64,000 bases of DNA from an uncultured Candidatus Saccharibacteria bacterium (lineage in GTDB: Bacteria; Patescibacteriota; Minisyncoccia; Phycocordibacterales; PALSA-1337). The stretch is taken from positions 7,703 to 71,702 of the forward strand of contig CAZIVT010000001.1 in assembly GCA_964543075.1 (NCBI GenBank), given 5' to 3'. Of the stretch, positions 44,753 through 53,870 are shown piece by piece. Under the pieces are notes generated by a model, which saw only the letters and a list, made by a program, of their open reading frames with translations, did not search any database and had not been told where the DNA came from. Position 1 is the first letter of the stretch. Every line of letters begins with the position of its first letter. The translations under genes were made by a program, and so were the position numbers.

Positions 44753-45271
44753 TTACTTGCCTGAAATCTCGATCAGCTCCTGTTCGACGATCTTCGCGAC
44801 ATATTCAGACGATGAAGGCTGGTCAAAGAGGAATCTGCCTTTGAACGACGCGCCACGCAAAAGCATGGGCAACCAGTGGATATCATCCGACCACATCTGA
44901 TCATATGGTATGTCCGCTTCTGCGAACCACTGCGGCCGCATCTCCTCGGTCTCGACCGGATCTCCGGAAAAATCGTCGACCTTGAATACATGTACTTCGA
45001 GGATCTTGGGGTCATTTTGGAATTCAAAATCGAGCGTGCCGACCTGATGCATCACCGTCGCTTCGATGCCTGCCTCTTCGCGCATCTCTCTCCGAGCGGC
45101 CTCACCTATAGTCTCCCCTTCTTCGACCTTGCCCCCGAAGCCGTTCCAATGTCCCGCTCCGAACCCGCGCTTCTTCATCCCGAGGAGGACGTTCCCGTCA
45201 CGACGGACGATGCAGAGCGTGAGGAGTTTGCGAGGTCTGTTTTGCATGATCATATAGCGATTATCGGTCAT
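44753..45271 (-). CDS. NUDIX hydrolase (MutT/MTH1-like 8-oxo-dGTPase family).
   Basis: Nudix box GKVEEGETIGEAARREMREEAGIEA. Confidence 0.85.
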   Translation of the reverse strand: MTDNRYMIMQNRPRKLLTLCIVRRDGNVLLGMKKRGFGAGHWNGFGGKVEEGETIGEAARREMREEAGIEATVMHQVGTLDFEFQNDPKILEVHVFKVDDFSGDPVETEEMRPQWFAEADIPYDQMWSDDIHWLPMLLRGASFKGRFLFDQPSSSEYVAKIVEQELIEISGK

Positions 45272-45416
45272 ACCTTCATCTCTTTCAAGAGTTTGTCATA
45301 GCATGCGACGCACAAATGGAATTTCTTCACCATGCCCTTCTTCGGCGGACTCAACAATATCCCACCGAATTTTTTCAGCTCTTTCTTACAACTATCGCAT
45401 TTTGGTTTTATAGACA
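45268..45416 (-). CDS. Small zinc-ribbon protein (49 aa), not in the supplied ORF track.
   Basis: Minus-strand MSIKPKCDSCKKELKKFGGILLSPPKKGMVKKFHLCVACYDKLLKEMKV with two CxxC pairs. It starts 7 nt after the secA stop. Its stop overlaps the NUDIX start in an ATGA arrangement. Confidence 0.45.
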
Positions 45417-45422
45417 TAATAC

Positions 45423-48209
45423 CTATTTCCCATGACACTTCTTGTACTTTTTACCCGAACCGCAGGGACACACATCATTCCTACCGATCTCCGGTTCTTT
45501 TTTCGTAGATTGGTTCGATTTGTCGGATCCATCGCCCGCTCCGATGACCGAGGCATTCTCATGGACCTCTTTGAATTCAGCTTGCTGGACTTCCCCTGTG
45601 GCTTGCGCTTTGCCGCTTTCCACCGGGACAACATGCGGCAGAACCTTGACCACCCGATCCGCCAATGCCGCCTGCATCTCTCGGAAGAGACGGAGTCCCT
45701 CCTTCTTGTATTCGACCAGAGGATCGCGTTGTCCATACGCGCGTAGATTGACGCTGGAGCGGGTATAATCCATGACCTCGAGATGCTCGACCCAGAACAT
45801 ATCGATCGCTTGGAGGAGCACCACGCGCACGGCGTTGAGGAACATATCACGGCCATGCTCCGAGAGCTTTTTATCTAGTATAGTTCCGAGTTCCGAGTTC
45901 CCCGCCTTCGCTCCGCTTTGCGGAGCCTCGGCAGGCGAGCCAGTTCCGAACATGCCATCTGCCACCGACGACTCGAGACTTTTTGACTCATCTAACCCAA
46001 TAATACCTCTTAACCCTCTTTCCACATCATCCGTCGTCCCGAGCAATATATTCCTGCGACGCTCATAGACGCTCCGGCGCTGGGTGTTGATGACATCATC
46101 AAATTCTAGGACGTGCTTGCGAGAATCGAAATTGTATCCCTCGATCCGTTCCTGAGCGCTCTCCAATGAGCGCGAGATGAGCTTGTGCTGGATCGGCTCG
46201 TCCTCGGCAACGCCGAGCTTGCCCATCATAGACTTGAGCATATCCGAAGCGAAGACGCGCATCAGCGTATCCTCGAGCGACACGAAGAATCTCGTCTCTC
46301 CCGGATCGCCTTGGCGACCCGAACGCCCGCGGAGCTGATTGTCGATGCGTCGAGCTTCATGACGCTCCGTACCGATGACATAGAGACCACCGAGGTCCTT
46401 GACCTCCTGATACGACTCCTGGGTGCTCGGATTGCCGCCGAGCTTGATGTCGACGCCGCGACCGGCCATGTTGGTGGCGATGGTGACCGCGCCTTTCTTG
46501 CCTGCTTGTGCGATGATCTCGCCTTCTTTCTCATGGTTCTTGGCATTGAGCACCTGGTGCGATATACCCTCGGATGTGAGGAACTGTGAGAGGAGCTCGT
46601 TCTTCTCGATAGAGACAGTGCCGATCAAGACCGGCTGTCCTTTGTCATTGAGCTCCTTGACTGTACGCGCCAACGCACGGAACTTGCCGACCTCCGTCCT
46701 GAAGATATGGTCGTTGTGGTCGGTACGGACGGGCTGTCTATTGGTCGGTACTACGGCAACCTCGAGACCATAGACCTTGAAGAATTCTTCTGACGAAGTG
46801 ACGGCCGTCCCTGTCATCCCAGAAAGACGGGGGTACATGCGGAAGAAGTTCTGATAGGTGATAGATGCGTAGGTGCGGGATTCCTGCTGTATAGAGACGC
46901 CTTCTTTGGCCTCGATAGCCTGATGCAATCCATCAGACCAGCGACGTCCCGGCTGGAGACGTCCCGTGAAAGTGTCGACGATGATGATCTGGTTGTCTTT
47001 GACGACGTATTCCTTGTCGCGAGCATAGAGCGCCTTGGCCTTGACTGCGGTCTCGAGGTGATGGACATGCTTGATGCCCTTGTCGGTGTAGATATTGTCG
47101 ATGCCCAGCATGCGCTCAGCTTTAGCGATCCCGTCTGAGGTGAGAGAGATAGCGTGGCGCTTTTCATCGACTGTATAGTCGGTATCCTGCACGAACGACG
47201 CCACCATCGAAGCGAACTGACGATACGTGGACTCGGCATCGCGCGTGGGAGCGGAGATGATGAGCGGGGTGCGCGCCTCGTCGATGAGTATAGAATCGAT
47301 CTCGTCAACCACGGCATAGTGCGGCTCGCGCTGACGCAATCGATCGGATCGATATTCTAGATTGTCGCGCAGATAGTCGAAGCCGAACTCGTTGTTGGTC
47401 CCGTAGGTGATATCGGCGGCATAGGCCTCATGGCGCGTGACGGGCCGTAGGAATTCGTGGACGACCTTGAAGCCACCGGTCGCGTCGCGCTCCTTGTCGA
47501 GAGGATCTCCGGAAACTTCCGCTATCTTCCCCGCGACCTGCGGAACTCGCTCCGCCACGCTCCGCTCAGACAGTCCTCGGTCTTGGGAAGACACGGAAGT
47601 TTCCGGGATCTTATGCGCCGGATCGTACAAGAATGACTGATCGCTGTTGATCACACCGACTGAAAGCCCGAGGAACGCGTATATCTGTCCCATCCAGACC
47701 GCGTCACGACGTGAGAGATAGTCGTTGACCGTGACGACATGGACGCCCCTGCCGGTGAGGGCATTGAGATAGGTGGGGAGCGTAGCGACGAGCGTCTTGC
47801 CCTCGCCGGTGCGCATCTCGGCGATAGCTCCGCTGTGGAGCACCATGCCGCCGATGAGCTGAACATCGAAATGCCTCTGTCCGAGCGTGCGCCGAGACGC
47901 CTCGCGGACGACCGCGAATGCCTCGGGAAGGATCTCGTCCAGGACCTTCTTCTCAGTTTCAGCGTCATAGGCGATCGACCCGACCTTTGCCAGATCTCCC
48001 GTACTCGCCGCCTTTTCCTGTCTCTTGTCTCTTGCTTCTTGAAGTTCCTTTCTGAATTCGTCCGTTTTGGCCCTCAACTGCTCATCAGAGAGCGCCTTCA
48101 TACCCTCTTCTAGGGCGTTAATACGCGCGACCAAGGGCTGGAACGGCTTGACGCTCTTGGTATGAGAACGGCTGAATAGATTGCTCAAAAAGGCCATAGA
48201 GACAGGCAC
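45423..48209 (-). CDS. secA: Preprotein translocase ATPase SecA.
   Basis: A full-length SecA with DEAD-like motor domains and the C-terminal zinc-binding motif CPCGSGKKYKKCHG. Confidence 0.97.
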   Translation of the reverse strand: MPVSMAFLSNLFSRSHTKSVKPFQPLVARINALEEGMKALSDEQLRAKTDEFRKELQEARDKRQEKAASTGDLAKVGSIAYDAETEKKVLDEILPEAFAVVREASRRTLGQRHFDVQLIGGMVLHSGAIAEMRTGEGKTLVATLPTYLNALTGRGVHVVTVNDYLSRRDAVWMGQIYAFLGLSVGVINSDQSFLYDPAHKIPETSVSSQDRGLSERSVAERVPQVAGKIAEVSGDPLDKERDATGGFKVVHEFLRPVTRHEAYAADITYGTNNEFGFDYLRDNLEYRSDRLRQREPHYAVVDEIDSILIDEARTPLIISAPTRDAESTYRQFASMVASFVQDTDYTVDEKRHAISLTSDGIAKAERMLGIDNIYTDKGIKHVHHLETAVKAKALYARDKEYVVKDNQIIIVDTFTGRLQPGRRWSDGLHQAIEAKEGVSIQQESRTYASITYQNFFRMYPRLSGMTGTAVTSSEEFFKVYGLEVAVVPTNRQPVRTDHNDHIFRTEVGKFRALARTVKELNDKGQPVLIGTVSIEKNELLSQFLTSEGISHQVLNAKNHEKEGEIIAQAGKKGAVTIATNMAGRGVDIKLGGNPSTQESYQEVKDLGGLYVIGTERHEARRIDNQLRGRSGRQGDPGETRFFVSLEDTLMRVFASDMLKSMMGKLGVAEDEPIQHKLISRSLESAQERIEGYNFDSRKHVLEFDDVINTQRRSVYERRRNILLGTTDDVERGLRGIIGLDESKSLESSVADGMFGTGSPAEAPQSGAKAGNSELGTILDKKLSEHGRDMFLNAVRVVLLQAIDMFWVEHLEVMDYTRSSVNLRAYGQRDPLVEYKKEGLRLFREMQAALADRVVKVLPHVVPVESGKAQATGEVQQAEFKEVHENASVIGAGDGSDKSNQSTKKEPEIGRNDVCPCGSGKKYKKCHGK

Positions 48210-48236
48210 TGTAGCATATTTCAGGGGAATAAAAAA

Positions 48237-49289
48237 CTAGTTCACCCACTCCACCTCCCCCTCGATATCAATGCCCGTCTTGTCTTTGACCTCCTTCATC
48301 AGCCGATGCGCCAGTGATACTACCTCCTCCGAAGTAGCTCCCGGTTTGGTGACGAGCACCAGGGCCTGCTTCTCATAGACGCATGCATTGCCTGCGCACA
48401 ACCCTCTAGCATCGCACACTTTGTCCAGGATCCAGCCGAGCGAGACCTTGACCCGACCATCCGGCTCGGGGAATCCGGGAAGCTCCGGATACGCCCGCTT
48501 CAGCACATCGAAATGATCGGCGGCTATGATCGGATTCTTGAAGAACGACCCCGCCGTCCCCCAGAGCTTCCAGTCGGGGAGCTTGTTCCAGCGGATATCG
48601 ATGACGGCATCGCGCACCTGTGCGAGCGTAGGATGCTCGATGCCTTTATGGGAGAAATATGCCGCCACATCCTTGTACGAGATATCTAAGACTCCCTGTC
48701 TCCGTAGATCGAAATCGACGCGCGTCACGATATACCTCCCTTTCTCCCTCTTGAAGACACTGTCCCGATACGAGAACATGCACGCTTCGCGCGACATATC
48801 GACGAACGCGTCCGTGTGTGTGTCGTAGGCACGCACGCTCCGTATGCTCTGCGCGACCTCGGCACCATAAGCCCCGATATTCTGCACTGGTGCCGCTCCG
48901 ACGGTGCCGGGGATCGCCGAGAGGTTCTCTATCCCATACAGACCGCGCTGGACTGCATATTCGACGAGCGTATCCCACTGCACGCCCGCCCCACAGCTCA
49001 CGAGCATCGGACCGACCCCTTCATCGGGCGAACCCTCTCGTTCCGTATCAGCCCCTCCCTCTTCGATCCCACCTATCTCCATTTTGATCACCAATCCATC
49101 GAAGCCTTTGTCGCTCATGAGGATGTTGGACCCGCCACCCAGCACGAAGATAGCGGAACCGCGCTCGCGCGCAGAAGCTACGGCCCATCGGAGCTCATCT
49201 TCGCTCGTCACAGAACAAAAAAATCGGGCCGGCCCTCCGATCTTGAACGTCGTATATTGCGCGAGCGGTATATTCTCTTGTATCTCCAT
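48237..49289 (-). CDS. murB: UDP-N-acetylenolpyruvoylglucosamine reductase.
   Basis: MEIQENIPLAQYTTFKIGGPARFF...FVLGGGSNIL... The FAD-binding domain carries an insertion (EEGGADTEREGSPDEG). Confidence 0.9.
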   Translation of the reverse strand: MEIQENIPLAQYTTFKIGGPARFFCSVTSEDELRWAVASARERGSAIFVLGGGSNILMSDKGFDGLVIKMEIGGIEEGGADTEREGSPDEGVGPMLVSCGAGVQWDTLVEYAVQRGLYGIENLSAIPGTVGAAPVQNIGAYGAEVAQSIRSVRAYDTHTDAFVDMSREACMFSYRDSVFKREKGRYIVTRVDFDLRRQGVLDISYKDVAAYFSHKGIEHPTLAQVRDAVIDIRWNKLPDWKLWGTAGSFFKNPIIAADHFDVLKRAYPELPGFPEPDGRVKVSLGWILDKVCDARGLCAGNACVYEKQALVLVTKPGATSEEVVSLAHRLMKEVKDKTGIDIEGEVEWVN

Positions 49290-49426
49290 GGTAGGTTGCG
49301 CCGAATGATGGCGACGGGTGTGAGCTCCAAAATAAAATGTTTAAAGTTTGTGAGTACAGCCGTCGCCGTCACTTGGTACAATCTCTCTCTAGTATACTGG
49401 GTACCTATATTACGAGGCAAGCCGCC

Positions 49427-49478
49427 ACCCGCACCCGCAGGGTAGACCTGCGTATATACGCAGGTCTACCCTGCGGGT
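49427..49478. repeat. 52-bp palindrome (copy 2) in the divergent murB / histidine-kinase intergenic region.
   Basis: ccacccgcagggtagacctgcgtat-atacgcaggtctaccctgcgggtgg has the same core as 21541..21590. Confidence 0.9.
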
Positions 49479-49710
49479 GGCGGTACACTGCGATTCACCA
49501 CGCAAAAACCCGCCAAGGGCGGGACTTTGCGAAACATTTATTTGAAGTGCCCACAATGGGTACTCACGATGTGTAGTATAGCATATATACACAAGATATG
49601 CAACCCCTATGGGGGTAGTTATCCACATATATGCCCACATGGTCTATTGTTCGCAGATACAGACACACTCTGTGAGAGCCTGCGGTATGTTACAATATGC
49701 AGATACGATC

Positions 49711-50532
49711 ATGGAGTACACTATCATCTTCCGTTCTATACCTCCTTCTACGCTCTATACGATATCCGCTTCCCTATTTGCTATATCTGTAGCGAGCATC
49801 TTGTTCCTGATCATACGCATCGTCTGGGACAAGCTCGCCAAGAACGAGATCCTCAAATACGAGTTCATCACCATCGTCGCGCACAAGTTTCGCACGCCGC
49901 TCACCCATATCAAGTGGGCTTCGAGCGAGCTCCTGACCTCCGAACAGGACCCCTACCGTCAGCAGACGATACGCGAGCTCCAGGAGTCCAATGACAAGCT
50001 CATCAAATTGACCAATACCCTCATCGAGATAACCGATACCGACAGCGGCACATCTACTTCTTATGAATTCTCTCCCGTCTCGCTATCAGAATTGATGCAG
50101 GCAGCGGGATCTTCCTTCAAGGACGAATTCCATGCCAAGAACGTATTCTTCACCACACAGCCTCCAGTCGGAGATGCCCACATCATGATCGACCGCAATC
50201 GCATGGATTTCGTCCTACAGACCCTGCTCGAGAACGCGCTCCACTATACCTCTCCCGGCAAGAATGTCGCGCTATCCGCTCGGATCGTAGGCAAGAAAGT
50301 TCAGATAGCGGTCACCGACCAGGGCATCGGCATCAAGAAAGAGGACCTGCCGCTCATCTTCAGCAAGTTCTTCAGGACAGAAGACGCGCAAAGAGCCGAT
50401 ACCGAAGGGTTCGGCGTCGGACTCTATCTGGCATCGACGATCATACGTCGTCACAAAGGATCCATCACCGTCGATTCTCCCGGAGTCGGACAAGGTACGA
50501 CCTTCACGGTCACTCTCAAGAGAGCGTCCTAG
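49711..50532 (+). CDS. Sensor histidine kinase (HisKA + HATPase_c).
   Basis: Two TM helices are followed by the H-box FITIVAHKFRTPLTHIKWASSEL and the ATPase motifs (...GIGIKKEDLPLIFSKFFRTE...GFGVGLYLAS...). A TACAAT -10-like element lies at 49691..49696. No adjacent response regulator is present in the window. Confidence 0.85.
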   Translation: MEYTIIFRSIPPSTLYTISASLFAISVASILFLIIRIVWDKLAKNEILKYEFITIVAHKFRTPLTHIKWASSELLTSEQDPYRQQTIRELQESNDKLIKLTNTLIEITDTDSGTSTSYEFSPVSLSELMQAAGSSFKDEFHAKNVFFTTQPPVGDAHIMIDRNRMDFVLQTLLENALHYTSPGKNVALSARIVGKKVQIAVTDQGIGIKKEDLPLIFSKFFRTEDAQRADTEGFGVGLYLASTIIRRHKGSITVDSPGVGQGTTFTVTLKRAS

Positions 50533-50544
50533 CGCTCTCAACAC

Positions 50545-50570
50545 ACTGCCGCGATCATCTCGCGGCAGTG
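50545..50570. terminator. Perfect hairpin after the histidine-kinase gene.
   Basis: cactgccgcga-tcatc-tcgcggcagtg. Confidence 0.5.
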
Positions 50571-50685
50571 TCGTGCATGTCATATAGATATAGATCCATC
50601 ACCGATCTACGATCATGAGGATAGCCTTGTCGAACAGTCTCTTGGTCGCCAGAATGACAAGCTTGAACATACGGGCATGAGAGAT

Positions 50686-51537
50686 CTAGGCAGACTTTTT
50701 CTTCTTGCCGACCTGACGGCGAGAGACGATAAAGACGTTGGAGTATTTCTTGGGGGTACGAGTCTTCTGTCCTTTGCCGGCCGGCTTGCCCCAGCGAGTC
50801 TTGAGCCTGCGTAGACCGCGGCCTTGGCGCTGTTCACCTCCACCGTATGGGTGATCGACAGGGTTCTGCGCGGTTCCACGGACGGTCGGGCGGATACCCA
50901 TCCAGCGAGAACGTCCAGCTTTGCCGATATTGACGAGGCGATTCTCCTCGTTGGAGACTGCGCCGATCGAAGCCCACGCATTCTCATGGATCTTGCGTAC
51001 CTCGGTAGATGGCATCTTGATGTGGGTATAGCCCGCGTCGTTTGCGATGACCTGAGCGAATGATCCTGCGGAACGGACCAGCTTGGATCCAGAGCCCGGC
51101 TTGATCTCGATATTGTATACGAACGTTCCTACCGGGATGTTTTTGAGCGGGAGACGATTGCCGGTCTGTATCGGAGCCTTCTCGGACACGATAAAGGAGT
51201 TGCCTACTTTCATGCTCTTGGGCAGGAGGATGTAGCGCTTGGTGCCGTCCTTGTAGGAAACGAGGCCGATATAACCCGTACGGAATGGGTCATACTCTAC
51301 GGTCTTGACCGTGGCGATGATGTCTTTCTTGTCGTACATGAAGTCGATCATGCGATAGAGCTTCTTGTGACCAGCACCTTTGTGACGGACCGTGATACGG
51401 CCAAATGAGTTGCGACCGACATCGCGCTTGAATCCGACAGTCAGCGCTTTGTGCGGCTCGGACGCGGTCACGTACTGCTTGAAAGGCAGGACTGACATGT
51501 GGCGACGCGATTTTGATGTTGGGCGAAATGTTTTCAT
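50686..51537 (-). CDS. rplB: 50S ribosomal protein L2.
   Basis: ...GRNSFGRITVRHKGAGHKKLYR...GGGEQRQGRGLRR... Confidence 0.96.
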   Translation of the reverse strand: MKTFRPTSKSRRHMSVLPFKQYVTASEPHKALTVGFKRDVGRNSFGRITVRHKGAGHKKLYRMIDFMYDKKDIIATVKTVEYDPFRTGYIGLVSYKDGTKRYILLPKSMKVGNSFIVSEKAPIQTGNRLPLKNIPVGTFVYNIEIKPGSGSKLVRSAGSFAQVIANDAGYTHIKMPSTEVRKIHENAWASIGAVSNEENRLVNIGKAGRSRWMGIRPTVRGTAQNPVDHPYGGGEQRQGRGLRRLKTRWGKPAGKGQKTRTPKKYSNVFIVSRRQVGKKKKSA

Positions 51538-51568
51538 GAAAGCGATGCGAATCTACGAATAATGCGAA

Positions 51569-52009
51569 TCATACAAAATCTATCTTGTCCCCCTTCTTCA
51601 GTGTGACCATGGCTTTGCGGATTCCAGACACAGTGCCCTTGCGTCCACGGATGAATACATCTCTGGAAGGCGTATTGATGATGGAGACCTTGATCGGATC
51701 GACCTTGTAGATGGATCTGATAGCCACGGCGACCGCGTGCTTATTGGCGCCTTCTGATATCTCGAACGTATACGTGCCACTCTGGCTCAAGATGCCGGAT
51801 TTCTCTGTGATACGCGGGCGGATGATGGCACCAGCTCCCCTAGGGGCACCCTGAACAGGAGCGGAGACCGTGGTCACTTGACGAGAAGCGCTCTTCTTGG
51901 CCGGAACAGCGGCATCTGCTTTGGCCGCTTTCTTGAGAGGCGCAGAACCGGCCTTGGATGTCTCATCCTTTTTGGTAGCGGCCTTCTTTTTTGATCCAAA
52001 CAATGCCAT
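51569..52009 (-). CDS. rplW: 50S ribosomal protein L23 with a Lys/Ala-rich N-terminal extension.
   Basis: ...IIRPRITEKSGILSQSGTYTFEISEGANKHAVAVAIRSIYKVDPIKVSIIN... Confidence 0.9.
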   Translation of the reverse strand: MALFGSKKKAATKKDETSKAGSAPLKKAAKADAAVPAKKSASRQVTTVSAPVQGAPRGAGAIIRPRITEKSGILSQSGTYTFEISEGANKHAVAVAIRSIYKVDPIKVSIINTPSRDVFIRGRKGTVSGIRKAMVTLKKGDKIDFV

Positions 52010-52024
52010 GGGAGTGGTTGAGTG

Positions 52025-52678
52025 TTATTTGTCCAATCTTTTAATCGATACCTCTGGGTTGGTCACGATCAGGAATGTGTGGTTGAGGACAGAGACCGGA
52101 TTGATGTTGCGGAACTCCTCGACGGACATATTGCCGAAATTACGGAAGCTCTTGGCGACCACGTCTGCCTTCTGATCGAGAGCGATGATGGCGGCATTGG
52201 ACCTCTTGGTGGCGAGCTTCTCATACCCCTTGACCTTGGCCAATGAGTCGACGATCTTCTTGGCGTCCGCGGACTTGGGAGACGCGATCGACAGCGTATC
52301 GACGAAGAGTATCTCACCGTCTTTGAATTTGCGGGACAAAATCATGGAGAGCGCCTTGGTACGGACCTTCTTGTTGATCTTACGGGAGAAGTTCTTGTCA
52401 TTGCGAGGCCCGTGAGCGACGCCGCCGCCGACCCAGATGGGAGACCTGCGGGATCCATGACGAGCGCGTCCGGTGCCCTTTTGTCTCCAGGGCTTCTTGC
52501 CGGTACCGGAGACCTCTCCGCGCGTCTTGGTGTGCGCGACAGGGGTGCGTGAATTGGAATTCATGAGACGGACGACCTCATGTACGAGATCGGCATTCCA
52601 AGGGACGCCGAAGACGTCCTTTGAAAGCGAGATCTTTCCTGTAGCTTTGCCTGATTGGTTGTAGATAGGGGCTTCCAT
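52025..52678 (-). CDS. rplD: 50S ribosomal protein L4.
   Basis: MEAPIYNQSGKATGKISL...KTRGEVSGTGKKPWRQKGTGRARHGSRRSPIWVGGGVAHGP... The ORF is open to 52768; the internal Met at 52678 is preferred. Confidence 0.9.
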   Translation of the reverse strand: MEAPIYNQSGKATGKISLSKDVFGVPWNADLVHEVVRLMNSNSRTPVAHTKTRGEVSGTGKKPWRQKGTGRARHGSRRSPIWVGGGVAHGPRNDKNFSRKINKKVRTKALSMILSRKFKDGEILFVDTLSIASPKSADAKKIVDSLAKVKGYEKLATKRSNAAIIALDQKADVVAKSFRNFGNMSVEEFRNINPVSVLNHTFLIVTNPEVSIKRLDK

Positions 52679-52688
52679 ATGAGTATGA

Positions 52689-53300
52689 TTATCCGACGAT
52701 CTCCACGAGCGTCCCTCTGCGTCCTGGTATCGCACCAGAAACATACATGACGCCTGCTTCGAGGTCAATATGAGCTATCTTGAGTCCCTTGACGGTGACG
52801 CGGTCCGATCCCATGCGACCCGCCATGCGAGTGCCGACAGGGACGCGCGTACGGAGGCCTCCGCCGATCGAACCCGGCTCACGCTCTGAGTGTTTTTGAC
52901 CGTGAGAGCGCGGTCCTCCTCCGAATCCATGACGCTTGACCACGCCCTGGAAGCCTTTGCCTTTGGAGATGGCGCTCACTGTGACAGGCTCTCCCGCGGT
53001 GAACTGCGAGAGATCGATCTTGTCGCCCACTTTGAGGGTCGAGGCAGACTGATCTGTGCGGAATTCTTTGACCGAAGAGAACGCGCCGAGATCCTTGAAA
53101 TGGCCCTTTTGCGCCTTGGTCAGCTTGGATGGATTGATCGATCCGGTCCCGATCTGGACCGCCTCATAGCCATCCGTACCCATGTTGCGTACCTGAGTGA
53201 CTGTGTTGGACTGCACTGAAACAGCGGTCACCGGGATGGCGGTGCCGGCTTCAGTGAAGATCTGTGTCATATTCAGCTTTCTTCCGAGGATGAATTTCAT
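52689..53300 (-). CDS. rplC: 50S ribosomal protein L3.
   Basis: MKFILGRKLNMTQIFTEAGTAIPVT...GKGFQGVVKRHGFGGGPRSHG... Confidence 0.95.
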   Translation of the reverse strand: MKFILGRKLNMTQIFTEAGTAIPVTAVSVQSNTVTQVRNMGTDGYEAVQIGTGSINPSKLTKAQKGHFKDLGAFSSVKEFRTDQSASTLKVGDKIDLSQFTAGEPVTVSAISKGKGFQGVVKRHGFGGGPRSHGQKHSEREPGSIGGGLRTRVPVGTRMAGRMGSDRVTVKGLKIAHIDLEAGVMYVSGAIPGRRGTLVEIVG

Positions 53301-53301
53301 G

Positions 53302-53382
53302 ATTCAGTAATCAGTAAATCAGTAAATGGTAACCGGAAACAAGTAATCAATCTGTTTTACTGATTACTGTTTACTGATTACC
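53302..53382. repeat. Long imperfect hairpin filling the whole rpsJ-rplC spacer (cagtaa(a)t heptamer family).
   Basis: Left arm gattcagtaatcagtaaatcagtaaatgg, right arm gttttactgattactgtttactgattacc. It abuts the rplC ATG within 2 nt, and no SD-like sequence is visible. Confidence 0.7.
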
Positions 53383-53389
53383 TTTCAAG

Positions 53390-53770
53390 TCACATCATCT
53401 TCACATCGATATTCACCCCTGACGGCAAGCTGAGGTTGGTGAGCGCCTCGATGACTTTCGGGTTGGGGTTGATAATGTCGATCAGACGCTTGTGCACGCG
53501 CATCTCGAACTGCTCACGGCTGTTCTTGTCGATGAATGAAGAGCGATTGACCGTGTACTTCTTGATCTCTGTGGGTAGCGGGACAGGACCGTGCATCTCA
53601 GCGTCATATCGTGCAGCGGTATCCATGATCTGCTTGAGCGATGCGTCGAGAATCTTGTGCTCATACGCGCGCACACGGATACGGAGATGGGGTGCTTCGC
53701 CGACCACTTTGGTCTTCTTGGCGCGAGGCTTCGATGCGGTCTCCTTTTTGGCTGTGGTTTTGGTTGCCAT
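53390..53770 (-). CDS. rpsJ: 30S ribosomal protein S10 with a basic N-terminal extension.
   Basis: ...LRIRVRAYEHKILDASLKQIMDTAARYDAEMHGPVPLPTEIKKYTVNRSSFIDKNSREQFEMRVHKRLIDI... Confidence 0.93.
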   Translation of the reverse strand: MATKTTAKKETASKPRAKKTKVVGEAPHLRIRVRAYEHKILDASLKQIMDTAARYDAEMHGPVPLPTEIKKYTVNRSSFIDKNSREQFEMRVHKRLIDIINPNPKVIEALTNLSLPSGVNIDVKMM

Positions 53771-53870
53771 GGGTAATGAATTAAAAGATTGAAAGAAGGA
53801 AAGATTGAAAAATTCCGGCAGTCTTGGTCAAATTTTCCAATCTTTCAATTCCTAATCTTTCAATTTCGAT

